NCBI GenBank assembly: GCA_964016885.1
Contig: OZ024745.1
Location: 87,296,001-87,360,000 of the forward strand
Reading direction: 5' to 3'
DNA from: Eledone cirrhosa
Lineage: Eukaryota
Length of the DNA stretch: 64,000 nucleotides
Shown here: one piece after another, positions 1-12,900 of the stretch
How positions within the stretch are numbered: position 1 is the stretch's first letter
How the letters are laid out: each line of letters begins with the position of its first letter
Position numbers and translations under genes: made by a program
The notes under the pieces: model-generated
Databases searched by the model: none
What the model was told of the DNA's origin: nothing
What the model saw: only the letters and a program-made list of their open reading frames with translations

Positions 1-19
1 CAGACATTTTACACTTCAT

Positions 20-415
20 TCTAAAATAATTTTCTGTTCCTTTTTTGATAATTCTCAGTGTTCCTACAATCATTGGTATTGAAACCACCTTGAGATGCCA
101 CATTTTTTCAATTTCAATCAGCAAGTCTTTATATATTCTGAGTTTGTCAAATTCTTTTCCCGCAATATTTGTGATCACATGGGATGACCATATCAATAAA
201 AAAACGTAATTTGTTATTTTGGTCTTTTACAATATTATTCGGTCTGTCAGCTTTGTTAGCTCTATCTCTATGTACAGGGAAATCCTGTACAATCGTTACA
301 TTTTCTGACTCAGTTACAACCACAGGGTGATGTTTATACCACTTGTCAACAGTTTTGATTTTATAATACTGACATAGTATCCAATGTAGATATTGATCAA
401 TTCTGTCATGCCTTG
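20..415 (-). mobile_element. R4/Dong-clade non-LTR retrotransposon fragment (restriction-like endonuclease region), frameshifted
   Basis: Manual minus-strand translation gives RHDRIDQYLHWILCQ...KWYKHHPVVVTESENVTIVQDFPV...DRPNNIVKD...FFIDMVIPCDH...KEFDKL..YKDLLIEIEKMWHLKVVSIPMIVGTL, matching the RHD and RPD..D..K..KY motifs of REL-type LINEs. Confidence 0.8.
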
Positions 416-460
416 ATTTATACTCTACTGACGATAAATATTATTATCATCATTATAGGT

Positions 461-505
<45 letters not shown>

Positions 506-560
506 GAAAGGTATAGAAAACACTGCAGCGAAAAGCCAACAGCATTCCATAATATATATA

Positions 561-596
<36 letters not shown>

Positions 597-752
597 TATA
601 TAATATATATAATATAAGTAGAAGGGGTATTTAATTTGTTGGAAGTCCAACAAATATAAATGTTTATAACTAATTTAGAGCACTCAACAGTTTACTGGAG
701 TAAATATTCAATGATATTAAATAAATGGAAACTATATTTATAAAACGATATT

Positions 753-815
753 TATTTTATTATATATATTTCAAGGGTACCAAGACACATTGATACGCTT
801 TCATCAGATAAAATA
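753..815 (-). ncRNA. Minimal type I hammerhead ribozyme
   Basis: uauuuuau CUGAUGA aagcguaucaaugugucuugguacccuu GAAA uauaua UA auaaaaua: 8-bp stem I, paired stem II, palindromic stem III loop. Confidence 0.8.
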
Positions 816-2317
816 CAAAGTTTGTTTTATAAATAGAGACATACCCATGAAAATCATACCTTATCGGTTGGAAATTCACTGGATAGTGGAAATATATTAG
901 GGATTTTTCAAACTTACGTGTGAATATGCAAATGAATATGTAAATAATTGAAAAACAACAGTCTATTTAAACGACTATGGAAAGAGAGAAGAGATAGGAG
1001 GAGAAGATAAAATAGTGCTAGAGAGAGAGAGAAGAAAGAAACAAGAGAGGATGACTAAAACTCAAATAACGTTAATTTGAGGGAAATATATTCTAAGTAT
1101 ATATCTTAATAGTAAGTGTATTTACGATTATTAGTTGTTTAAAATTTGTTTATAATATAATATTTTTCTTCTGTTATAAGTAGATAAATAAATAAATAAA
1201 TACATGGGTATATCATGTTATAGATAATTGTTCTAATGAGTTATGATTGATATTGGTTTTGTATTTAATGTAAATAAATATTAAGTTGAATTAAATTAAA
1301 ATGGGAATATATTAAAATGGGAATATACGGAATAAACTCCGGTTTAATTTATTTATTTGTTAGTGTGAGACTATTTAGTTAAAATAAGTATAGATGTTGA
1401 AAGATATATTTAGCCAGAATCAGTTAGTGGTTATAAATTTATTGAAAAACATTTGCTATAATTCCACTTCTTAAAATTTCATAAAACATATACGTATATA
1501 ATTCTAATTTTTAAAAAAAAATTTTAATTTTAATTTTAATAATTTTTATTTCTTTATTTTTATCTCTTTAATTTTTATTTCCTTAAAATTACTTATCTCT
1601 TATGAATTATTTAAAAAAAAATTTCTCAAATTTTTAATATTTTTTAATACTGTATCAATATTTTTTAAATATTTTTCAATAGATTTATAATCACTAACTG
1701 ATTCTGGCTAAATGTATCTTTCAACATCAATACTTATTTTAACTAAATAGTCTCACACTAACGAATAAATAAATTAAACCGGAGGTTTTTTCCGTATATT
1801 CCCATTTTAATATATTCCCATTTTAATTTAATTTAACTTAATATTTATTTACATTAAATACAAAACCAATATCCCTCATAACTCATTAGAACAATTATCT
1901 ATAACATGATATACCCATCTATTTATGTATTTATTTATTTATTTATTTATTTAGCTACTAGAAGAAGAAATATATTATATTATAAACACATTTTAAACAA
2001 CTAATAATCGTAAATACACTTACTATTAAGATATATACTTAGAATATATTTCCCTCAAATTAACGTTATATGAGTTTTATTCATCCTCTCTTGTTTCTTT
2101 CTTCTCTCTCTCCAGCACTATTTCATCCTCTCCTCCTAGCTCTTCTCTCTTTCCATAGTCGTTTAAATAAACGGTTGTTTTTCAATTATTTACATATTCA
2201 TTTGCATATTCACACATAAGTTTGAAAAACCCCTAATATATTTCCACTATCCAGTGAATTTCCAACCGATAAGGTATGATTTACATGAGTATGTCTCTCT
2301 TTATAAAACAAACTTTA

Positions 2318-2380
2318 TATTGTATCTGATGAAAGCGTATCAATGTGTCTTGGTACCCTTGAAATATATATAATAAAATA
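2318..2380 (+). ncRNA. Minimal type I hammerhead ribozyme (inverted copy of 753-815)
   Basis: tattgtat CTGATGA ... GAAA tatata TA ataaaata; one mismatch in stem I. Confidence 0.75.
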
Positions 2381-2445
2381 AATATGGTTTTATAAATATA
2401 GTTTCCATTTATTTAATATCATTGTATATATATATATATATATAT

Positions 2446-2925
2446 GTCAACTCTGGATGTCGGTGAGCGTGTCCATCTGACCTCAGTCTCCTCTGTGTCA
2501 CTTTTGAGCTGACTTTTGGGCGGCTCCCATACAGCTCTGAGTTTTTCATCCTAAGTGTATACTTTTTAATGTTCGGAGCCATCCTCAGCATTCTCGTGTA
2601 GCACCCATCCACCATCTGAGTGTGTTTCTTGGTCAGTGTCCAAGTCTCAGACCCGTACAGCAGCACAGACTCCACTACAGCAATGAAGAGGCGGACTTTC
2701 AGGTCTCTACGAAGGTCCGACTTCCACACCGATCTCAAGCTGTGGAACTCAGTGCTCATGTGGGAGCCCCTACATGGACACACTGGAAGAGGAAGACCAA
2801 GGTTGACGTATGTTGATGCCCTAAGGACAGACACTGGTCTGTTGGAGACGCGGGACATGGCAGCGATAACGAGGGACAGAGACCGCTGGAGAGAACCCAT
2901 CCATGGATCTCGGGAATTTTACCCG

Positions 2926-2928
<3 letters not shown>
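2446..2928. mobile_element. RTE-clade LINE 3' fragment with 5' inversion, inside a (TA)n tract
   Basis: Minus arm (~2446-2735) encodes KVRLFIAVVESVLLYGSETWTLTK...RRLR.DGHAHRHPE; plus arm (~2745-2928) encodes the continuation VLMWEPLHGHTGRGRPRLTYVD...DRDRWR. Confidence 0.85.
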
Positions 2929-2990
<62 letters not shown>

Positions 2991-2993
<3 letters not shown>

Positions 2994-3736
2994 GTAATCT
3001 GAATTTTTCGAATATTAATAATAACATTCGATTTGTTTGCAATTATGCAAACAAGCCTCAATTTTATAGCCATGTCAGTAGAATGAACTCTTCATTCTTG
3101 CCCTTGTGTTGGCATGCAAACAGAACTGCAGACACTAATCTTTCTGGGTATCACCCTTCATCAGTACAGCTCACTGTTCACCTGCCAAACTGTCAGAGCT
3201 AGTGAAAATATATGCTATTTTCAAAAGTAATCAGTGACTGATCGGCCTGATTCGCATGTTAGCAGACTGGCTGATCAGTCAGATCTGCATATTAGCAGAT
3301 CCACTGATCAGCCAGATTTGCATATCAGTAGACTGGTCAGTCAGCTTCTTGTATACGAGCGATAAATGGGCGGCTTTGCTAAATTCAAATAAAAAAGAAA
3401 GTTTCGCTCTACATGGCTGAATACAATAAACGTAATCTGAGTTTTTCGAATATTAATATTAACATTTGATTTGTTTGCAATTATGCAAACAAGCCTCTAT
3501 TTTATAGCCATGTCAGTAGAATGAAAACTTCATTCTTGCTCTTGTGTTGGCATGCGAACAGAACTGCAGACACTAATGTTATTGGGTATCACCCTTCATC
3601 AGTACAGGTCACTGTTCACCTGCCAAACTGTCAGTGCTAGTGAAAATATATGCTATTTTCAAAAATACACAGTGTATATTTGAAAATAGCATATATTTTC
3701 ACTAGCTCTGACAGTTTGGCAGGTGAACAGTGAGCT
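2991..3736 (-). repeat. HHR-bearing repeat, ~438-bp period (about 1.5 units) plus a short inverted arm at ~3675-3736
   Basis: 2991-3230 is repeated at 3432-3665; internal ~28-bp subrepeats at 3235-3345. Confidence 0.75.
3126..3169 (-). ncRNA. Minimal type I hammerhead ribozyme (GUC site)
   Basis: cugua CUGAUGA agggugauaccca GAAA gauuagug UC ugcag; the second copy at 3564-3607 has GAAA mutated to AUAA. Confidence 0.7.
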
Positions 3737-4036
3737 AAAAACAGCAGCTCAGAACCATTCAACTTTAGAAGCTCTACTTACAGAAATGAATTAAGATTCA
3801 AAATATGAAATTAAAAAACGGAGTTAAAAATTCATAGCGGTTTTTAACTCCTATTTTTAATTTGTCTTCGCTGATCGAATATATTTCTTTTTCTTGCGCA
3901 TAATAAAATATATGGAACTGTTTTAACCATCTTTTAATTTCTTCTTTATAATATATACACCAGTTCTACCAACTATTGAGTGCTACTTATATGATATATG
4001 CATAGTTTTACTGTTCTACAATATTACTCATCTTCT

Positions 4037-4072
<36 letters not shown>

Positions 4073-4212
4073 GTGTGTGTGTGTAGAAGGTGAGTAATAT
4101 TGTAGAACAATAAAACTAGGAACAATAAAACTATATATATATATATATAAAATATTAAAAAAATAATGAATAAAACAAAGAAACAGTTCCTTATATTAAA
4201 CAAAAAAAGTTC

Positions 4213-4349
4213 ATTATTTAACGATCGTTTCTAGGACATATATGTGTTAGAATTGGCATGCATATTCAAAAGATCTATGTACAAAATTATACAAACTATC
4301 AAGGAGAATATACATACCATCACATATATATGCTGTCTTCAGAAATAAT
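4213..4349 (-). ncRNA. Type I hammerhead ribozyme with ~104-nt stem II domain
   Basis: auuauuu CUGAAGA [cagcauauauaugug...cacauauauguccua] GAAA cgaucg UU aaauaau: perfect 7-bp stem I and palindromic loop CGAUCG. Confidence 0.75.
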
Positions 4350-4418
4350 ATATGATATCCGGATTACATTGAGTTCTTCATACGGATTGGACACTACCGT
4401 AAACTTTTGGTAGATTTA

Positions 4419-4457
<39 letters not shown>

Positions 4458-4518
4458 GTAGAACACTGGAAGGTAATATCCGTAGTGCTAGAGCACTCAG
4501 TCCATGGGACGTGTTAGG

Positions 4519-5057
4519 TAGAAGTGGTTACACAACAGTTAGTTCACCATACCGAGAACAATTGTTTCACCTTAGCGGATCTTCAGCTCGTAATGGACAT
4601 GGTTATACGGAACTGGTAGGAGAACCGTACGAACGCGCATGCGCAGAAACCGGTCACTTCACACAGGCAATACTAAAATGTGACCGACGGGTGTAAGGGA
4701 GATGACTGCGAAAGGCCGAAAAGATTTTAGTTGATGAGAAAATTATGATGTTGTTGTAATGATTCAATCCGGAGCTTTGCAGTTATGCAAGAGGTGTTTC
4801 GAGACGTGTGGACAACGTGTGAAGAATTCATAATTTTCTCATCAACTAAAATCTTTTCGGACTTTCGCAGTCATCTCCCTTACACCCCTCGGACACATTT
4901 TAGTATTGCCTGTGTGAAGTGACCGGTTTCTGCGCATGCGCGTTCGTACGGTTCTCCTTCCAGTTCCGTATAACCATGTCCATTACGAGCTCAAGATCCG
5001 CTAAGGTGAAACAATTGTTCTCGGTATGGTGAACTAACTGTTGTGTAACCACTTCTA
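4519..5057. repeat. ~230-bp inverted repeat pair (4519-4749 / 4828-5057), pLTR-like
   Basis: Direct reverse-complement match; each arm contains an HHR motif. Confidence 0.85.
4553..4590 (-). ncRNA. Minimal type I hammerhead ribozyme
   Basis: cgag CUGAAGA uccgcuaaggu GAAA caauug UU cucg; palindromic loop CAAUUG. The inverted copy at 4986-5023 (+) has core CUCAAGA (G5C). Confidence 0.8.
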
Positions 5058-5322
5058 TATATATATACACAGAGAGATATCCACGGTAAGTTGTGGGGTC
5101 TAGTCTGCATGAAGAACTCAATGTAATCCATATGTTGAAAATGTTTTGACAACAGCTTGTGATATGCTTGTAAGTAAATATTCTCCTTATATGATATTTT
5201 GTAACTAACCTTACATAGATCGATAACGAAGTATAGTTACGATGTATTATCATCACCTAGATACGATCGTAAAGCAGTGCAGTATTTTTCTAATGACTTA
5301 ATTTTTTATTTCATTGTTTTAA

Positions 5323-5355
<33 letters not shown>

Positions 5356-5363
<8 letters not shown>

Positions 5364-6560
5364 GTACATACATATATGTATACAGACGTACAGTAGTATG
5401 TATATATATATACATACATGCACACATATATATGTACGTATGGATTCACCTAACATTTATTATAATGCTCGGTGTTTGTAAACAAACATCCCGTATTAAG
5501 CCGTAGTGTCTAGCAACCATCGTTGCTCGTTTGTTCAACTCTGACAAAGGAACGCTGTACTAGTTTCAAGCTTATTAGCTATTGTCAGCAACGTATGCCT
5601 TCCTGCCAGATTGTTGAACGTTTCATTTTTTCCGTTTATCGTTTTCAGTGCACCCGGCCAATTAACCCACTCGATATGCAAATTGGGCTACTCAGCCGTT
5701 AATATGCATAAGGTAAGTATATACGTTCAACAATCTGGCAGGAACATATACGTTGCTGACGATAGCTAATAAGCTTGAAACTAGTACAGCGTTCCTTTGT
5801 CAGTGTTGAACAAACGAGCAACGATGGTTGCTAGACACTACGGTTTAATACGGGATGTTTGTTTACAAACACACCGAGCATTATAATAAATGTTCGGTGA
5901 ATCCATACGTACATATATATATGTGTGCATGTATGTATATATATATACATACTACTGTACGTCTGTATACATATATGTATGTACGTGTACATACTTATAT
6001 TTAAGTAACAGCCGTACTAAGAGTGGGAAATGAAATTTTGTTTCATTTTTCCGTTTATCGTTTTCGGTGCACCAGGCCGATTAACCCACTCGATATGCAA
6101 ATTGGGCTACTCAGCCGTTAATATGCATAAGGTAAGTATATACGTTCAAAAATCTGGCAGGAAGATATACGTTGCTGACGATAGCTAATAAGCTTGAAAC
6201 TAGTACAGCGTTCCTTTGTCAATGTTGAACAAACGAGCAACGATGGTTGCTAGACACTACGGCTTAATACGGGATGTTTGTTTACAAACACACCTAGCAT
6301 TATAATAAATGTTCGGTGAATCCATACGTACATATATATATGTGTGTGTGCATGTATGTATATATCTATACATACTACTGTACGTCTGTATACATATATG
6401 TATGTACGAGTACATATTTATATTTAAGTAACAGCCTTACTAAGAATGGGAAATGAAATTTTGTTTCATTTTTTCCGTTTATCGTTTTCGGTGCACTCGG
6501 CCGAGTAACCCACTCGATATGCAAATTGGGCTTCTCAGCCGTTAATATGCATAAGGTATA
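5356..6560. repeat. ~420-bp HHR satellite (retrozyme-like), about 3 units with an orientation switch near 5625
   Basis: Same unit as 28223-32965; intact HHR motifs at 5750-5792 and 6169-6211 (+), 419 bp apart. Confidence 0.85.
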
Positions 6561-7379
6561 CACGCTGGTCAATTAAACCTGTTAGGTATTAACCACGTGT
6601 ATATAAACTCAATTGGAAATTTAAAAGAATAACCACATGTATACACAACTAATTCACACACAGAGATATTAAAACATAATAAATATATGCATGGATCACC
6701 CATATATACACAGCTATTCTCTAAGGCTAAATCAGACATGTGATATAAGGAAGATCAATCAGTATTTCATGTAAAAAATAATAACAATAAAGCGAGTCAT
6801 ACCTTATATCTGGAATCCACATCATGCTACCTAGAGTATATATTCAATACATAAACAGAGAAAGCCTTAAGCGATACTCCGACCAACTCCATCTCACTCA
6901 ACAAACATTAGGATATACTTAAGTTTAGTACAAAGTAATCTGATGCTCCCTGAAATAAAAAAAACTTTCCAGCTTGAGACGTTACTTGGCATGCTGACAA
7001 AATGATATTTGCTTTGAAAAAGCTAAATTCAAAATAAAATAAAATAGCGTATTAAAATATATAAAAGACGAGAGAGAAATCAGAAAGTTTAACAAATCTT
7101 CAAAGATGATAGCAATAGTTCTTCCAGCCTGTCACCATCCTCCGCGGAAACGCCTTCTCTATTCTGTCCACCAGGGCCGCGTGGGCCCCCATTTTCTCAT
7201 AATAGTGAGAGATGGGGAGAGCGGGAGGCAGTGAGAGTTTGGTTCCATTGTGTTCGGACCTGGTGTATATATATATATTTATTTACCACACCACATTTTA
7301 TTCACCTGAAATTACTGTCTATGATTTACATTCATCAAATGAGAGGAATTACTAGTCCTAAAAATGAATGTAGAGAATG

Positions 7380-7380
7380 A

Positions 7381-7423
<43 letters not shown>

Positions 7424-7690
7424 CTTGAATCTCAGTCATTGATGTTAGTTAACTGGAAAGTCCGTTGGAATGAATATCAAGCCACTACCTGCAGCCTCAG
7501 ATATTCAGGACGTATCGGAGGGTTCTTGCTGTTCCCAGCAAGCATGCCTTTTGAAGCGTTCCAAAAAGCGTGAAGGAGCCGATTTTCTTTAACCATCCCT
7601 GGAAATTTTGGAGATAGTCCCCAGTGCGCCTATGACAATCAGGATCACTTTGACTTCATGGCAGTTCCAAATCCTTTTTACCTCCCAATT
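7380..7690 (-). mobile_element. R4/Dong-clade LINE 3' end with (TAA)n tail or target
   Basis: Minus strand encodes WEVKRIWNCHEVKVILIVIGALGTISK...LQKACLLGTARTLRYVLNI*, then a short 3' UTR and (TAA)n. Confidence 0.85.
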
Positions 7691-8549
7691 CTTCTTCTTC
7701 TTCTTCTTCTTCTTCTTCTTCTTCTTCCCAACCCCCAAAGAAAAATATAAGATATCTCATCCTTTGTCATGAAAAATATAAAATATGTCATCCTTTGTCA
7801 TGTAAAAACCAAGGATAAATAAACGAACGAAAAAGACCAGAACATAGAACCAGAAAACGTTGACTGAAATCATTTACAAGCTAAAACTGTTGAAATTAGA
7901 ACTAAAATAGCAAGGAAAGACAAAAGTGTAATAAAAAATGAGACAGACAAACTGTTTTGGCTAAGAAATTGGACAGTGACGTTTTGGTAGGACTTATTAT
8001 CATACTGTCATACATTTTATAGTTGTCACGTTTTGTTACGGATGTTTAATTTCGATGATTACATAAGTAAAATATCTACTGGCCAGTTTGGACAGTCAGG
8101 AAATAGCAACTATTTCCTGAGCAATATTTTTTTCTTTCTACATCTCATCACACGAAATAATATTCTTGTTTTCTTCTGTAAACAACTGATCTATTCCTAC
8201 AAAGGAAAAACAATATTCGTCTGTCTCTCAAACTAACGTTTATAGCCTATTTTACTCTCAGCTTTGCTAGGTGCTATGAAATCAATCTAGATAAAGATAT
8301 TTTAGAAATCTGTCTCCAAAGCGAAACATTATTTACATATGTTGTTCTAGTTGTTTGAATCTAGGCCGTCAATAATGGAATTCATCTATGACCAAAGATG
8401 TGTAAGATTAAGTGTAAGAAATGGAGAAAAGAAATGGTATTACAGGAGAAAAGAACGTGGGTGTCTAGTCAGCGAATTCGAGAGGGTAGAAAGAACTGCG
8501 ATTATATCCCTCGTATAAAATATAAATACACACACACAGACAAAAGCAA

Positions 8550-9002
8550 CAGACCTGTCAACTCCCTCCATCCGACAGGGAGATCTTTCACCTACTTTGT
8601 AGTGGGTTAGGGAGGTCTTATCTTGTGAAAATAGCTTTTATTATGTAAAATCTCCCAATTTTGACTTTTTTCGTGGTACTCCCCGTTTGGGTTTTTAGAG
8701 GTTGGCAGGTCTGTGAACTGGACAGTGGGTTGAGCTCCTCCTGGCCTACAAAATGGCTAAAATAGGTTGTGTTTATTACCGCTGCCAAGGGTCGGTAGAC
8801 TTGAGCTCAGACCTGTCAACTCTCCCTGTCCGACGGGGAGATCTCCCACCCACTTTGGGGTGGGTGAGAGATATCTTCTCTTGTGAAAATGGGTATACCT
8901 TTCATTATGTTTAATCTCCCTATTTTGCCTCATTTCGACCCGTTTTGAGGCATTTTCTTTCATGGTACTCCCCGTTTGGATTTTTAGAGGTTGGCAGTTC
9001 TG
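8550..9002. mobile_element. Two adjacent MITE-like elements (8550-8713, 8808-9002)
   Basis: Each starts cagacctgtcaact and ends ggttggcag(g/t)tctg (imperfect TIRs); the internal sequences are homologous. Confidence 0.6.
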
Positions 9003-9346
9003 CCGACATGCACAGACCACCCTTTACTCCATGTCTTTGATTCATGAATTGTAACAAGACAATATTATTCACCGTATCGTCTTTCTGGGATATACTGGGG
9101 GTGTAATTTGAAGTAGGTTTGACTGCTTTCAAGCATGTTTAATGTGTGTCTTTTCTCTCGCCCACTCAGTCTTGAACTTAAATTCTCTCATCGTGCGGTC
9201 TTGGATTTTCTTACCTAAAGTTGCTCGCACATTGCTCAGTTTGTTGTTTTTTTTTGCTGTTTTTTCACTGCTTTCACTTTTCTCCCCTTTTGTTTTCCTT
9301 CTCCCCCTCCTCCGTTTTCCCCATAACTTATCCAGTTATTGACGCT

Positions 9347-9422
9347 CTGGGCGGTAGATATCTTGTCTTTAACGCGTAGAAATATCCGAGACCCCCAGTA
9401 GACAACTGATGAGGAAAACTCC
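9347..9422 (+). ncRNA. Candidate non-circularly permuted hammerhead-like motif
   Basis: ctggg..agata TC ttgtct ttaacgcgta GAAA tatc..cccag t agacaa CTGATGA gga-aaac-tcc; same layout as the 14.3-15.3 kb family with compensatory changes. Confidence 0.55.
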
Positions 9423-9956
9423 CCCTCGTTCTTGCTTTCTTCTTATTCCCACTCCATTTTAAGCTACCTTAAATAGCAACTACACAGTCATTTCTATTCT
9501 CCATATAGTTTATCATATTTAGGCTGTGGCCATTCTTCTCTCCCCTTCTACCCACCTATTTCGCTACTATCTACTCTCACCCCTCTTTCTTCCTCACCCT
9601 GTCTCCCTGTCACTTTCACTCATCCTCTCTACGAGTCTTCTCTCTTCTTCTACCTAACTATATCGTTACTATCTACTCTTATCCCACTTTCTTCCTCTCC
9701 CTTTTTCCCACTCACTTTCACTAATCCTCTCTCTCCTACTGCCACCTCATTGTTTTCCTCGCCTGACGCTCTAGTAGTTCTTTTCGGACTTACATCTGCT
9801 GGGCCAGACGTGCCTACACAGTCTTGAACTTAAATTCTCTCATCGTGTGGTCCTGGATTTTCTTACCTTATCTCGCACATTGCTCGGTTTGTTGTTTTTT
9901 TCGCTGTTTTTTCACTGTTTTCTCTTTTCTTCCCTATTGTTTTCCCAGCGGGATTT

Positions 9957-12900
9957 GAGTTTTTCTCCATCTGGAGGTCCGGACCGAACCAGACCCCGAG
10001 CAATTTAACTGGACCTTCCGTCCAGCGCCCCACGACGCTGTCGGACGGCATGGACTTGCCTCTCCAGGTGCCGAGTTGTAAGCCCACTGACATTTCCTGG
10101 TTTACCAGTGGCCTGTAACCGCTTCAAATTCCTTGAGAGCGGTGCCGGTGACGTCGTCAGCGTAAGCAGACACGGATCTCCCGCATCCCAGTTCGCCTGC
10201 GATCCCCCTCATCGTCTCCAATTTGTGTAGTAACGTCTATAGGGCCAGTTCGTACAAGAGGGACGAAAGGAGTAACCCTGGAGGACCGAAGCATGATGCT
10301 GAAGGGCTGCGACAGGTGACCATTCACCCTCACAATCGAGCAGATGTCGCTGTGTATCGCAGCGATCCAGCCCCTAAAAACGGGCCCGAAGCCGACCGCC
10401 TCGAGGACCGCAAGTCGACCATATCAAATGCTTTAGATTGATCAGTTGCAGTAGACATCTGCCAAGAGGTCGCCGAACAAGTCTGGCATATACGCATAAA
10501 GCTCGTAGGGCAGACCATCCAAAACCTGGCGATTTACCCCTCGTGCAGTCAGACATCACTTCCCGTATTTCACCTGCTGTTATCGGGTTTTCGCAGCAGT
10601 GCGCTGCGGTCGTCGAGATCCGCGGCAGTCCGTCGAGGTATGCACCGAAGTCCATACTCCGATCCGGCCCGCCGTCGCTCCCGAACAATTGAGCAGAGTG
10701 CTATTGAAAAGCCGCACACATCTGCTCGGGTTCGAGCAACATGCGCCCGATTTGATCAGGCAAAGACCGAATTGTCGACTTGTTGTCAAGTCGTGCCTCC
10801 AGCACCCGGGCCCATTGAACGGCTTTCATCCCCTCGTGTCTTATAGCACGTGCTCTAGCTCTGACAACGCAGCCTTCATGCTTTGCGTTAAAGAATTGGT
10901 CGAGTGCCAATCTCGCCGCAAGCACGTCGGTTGCGATGCCTGTCCTACACGCCTCTTCTAGCTTACTAACTAACTCTCCCTTTACTCTATTTTCCTCTAT
11001 CACTACTCCTTTGCTAAATCTTATCGATTCTACTCTAATAGCCTTTTTCAGGCTAAACCACCACCTGTTGTTAACGATTACACCCGTCAACGCACGCATA
11101 ACTAATTCGCTAATCCGGTCTCTGTAATCGTAGCGCGCCAGGAACGACGCGTTCGGCTTCCAGTAGCCGGGCCCTTGTCTATGGAGTCTATCTAAGTGAA
11201 CTTCACAGATCACAAATTTGTGCTCCGTGGAGTCGACTACTTAAAATTGACGACAACCTACACTAGCCTTATGTTTCCCTACAGAATACCACATCTAAAT
11301 ACGATCTGGATGTCCCGATGCGGTTTGCCCATGTCCACATTGGCACATTCGGATAATCCAGTCTATAACTGTCAGACAGGTCAAAACCTCTGAGCAGGTT
11401 GTTGAGGCTTTTACACCCTCCTTCCCAGTCTACTAGCCCCATATAATCCCAGCGTGCATCTAAGATACCGTTCCAGTCACCCACTAACACTAAAGAGTGG
11501 GACGTTCCAAGAAATGTTTCAGGACGTCTGAAGAAATCTGGCCGTCTTGCCCCTGTTAGGGCGTAGACGGCTACTAGCCTGAAAACATTGCCTTTGCTGC
11601 CGGTCACCTTCTGGGTCCAGGAAGATGGCCCGTATGGCGAGATCCAAGCCTCTCCGAAAAAGCACGGCAACCCTCACCCCGATTCTGGACGGCTGGTAGA
11701 TGCGTATACATAGTAGCTGCTGAAGATCGGTGCGAAGGCTCGTGCTTCGGAGATTCTGGTCTCGCTGATGGCCACCACATCTATGTTTAATGACCTGGGG
11801 TCGTTGAGCAGGTGACCCTGCTTCCAAGATGGTCCCAGGCCACGTATATTTATACTGCCTATTCTAAGTACGGCCATGTTGGATGAGAAACGGGTAAATG
11901 AGAAAGGATAACTTACCTTGATCGTGTGGTGAAGGGAGAGTATAGCCGTACCTTGGGATGGTCATGGGTGTTTCCAAGAGCATATCGGTGTATATCCTCT
12001 TGGTAACCGACCCACTGAAGTCTCCAACAGCGTTGGGGAATTTTTGCTTTAAAAGTTTGTAATGTTCTATTTTGATTTCAATGATGCTTATGTTTGTCCG
12101 GAGAGTTCTTGGTGTTGATGGGGTGTAGTAGTTTTTTCTGTGATGTCTGTGTGCTGCTTTATGTGTTGTAGGAGTTCTTTATTTGCCATGTTTATGGCTG
12201 TGTACTTTTTGGGGGGAGGGGCAATTTTGTTGCTGTTTTCTTGTTGTTGGTGTTGGGTGTGTGTGTTTTGTTGTGTTTGCGATGTTGGTGTTTTTTTGGT
12301 GATGCTGATGGTGGTTTGGTTGTTGTTGTTCGTGATGCTTGTGTTGGTGATTGCGATGGTGGTGGTGTTGCTGCAAGTCTCCTTGCAGCCTTTACCCCTC
12401 TTTGTCTGCCTTCGCTTTTGGAGGGTGAAGCTAAGGGTTTTTTTGTTTTTTTTTGTGGCAGACCGTTTGCCACTTCCCTCCCGCCTCCATTTTGGAACCC
12501 GCGGCGTCCGGGAGGAGCCTGGGCTCCACTGCTGTTGGTGGTGGTAGTGGAGCCCGCTTCGGCGATTTTACCGCCGGCGTAGCAACTGCGACTGTTGGTG
12601 TTGCCGCCACTGTTGCCGCTGTTTTAGTTGTCCATGGCCTTGGTATGAGTGCCACGGACATTGCCATCCTACTCACCATGGAAGGGTCTTCTTCCTGTGT
12701 TGCCTGCCCTGCTCTTGGTAGCCGCGGTTTAGGCGTCGGAAGGAGGGGGGGGGGGTTCTTGTTGGATGTCTTCTGCGGGCAGTAAGCCCTGAGGCGACCG
12801 TTCTGCCCACAGAGATAGCACTTTGGGCGCCTTCATTCCATGCTTATAGGGAGATGGAGCCCATCTTCGAGGTCTATGAGGTCTGGGATGGCCTCGATGC

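Larger units (their letters stand above)
709..2424. repeat. ~740-bp inverted repeat pair (about 709-1450 / 1672-2424), PLE terminal-repeat (pLTR)-like
   Basis: The two arms are near-identical reverse complements around an AT-rich spacer; a related sequence forms the 3' end of the Penelope fragment at 47965-50075. Confidence 0.85.
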
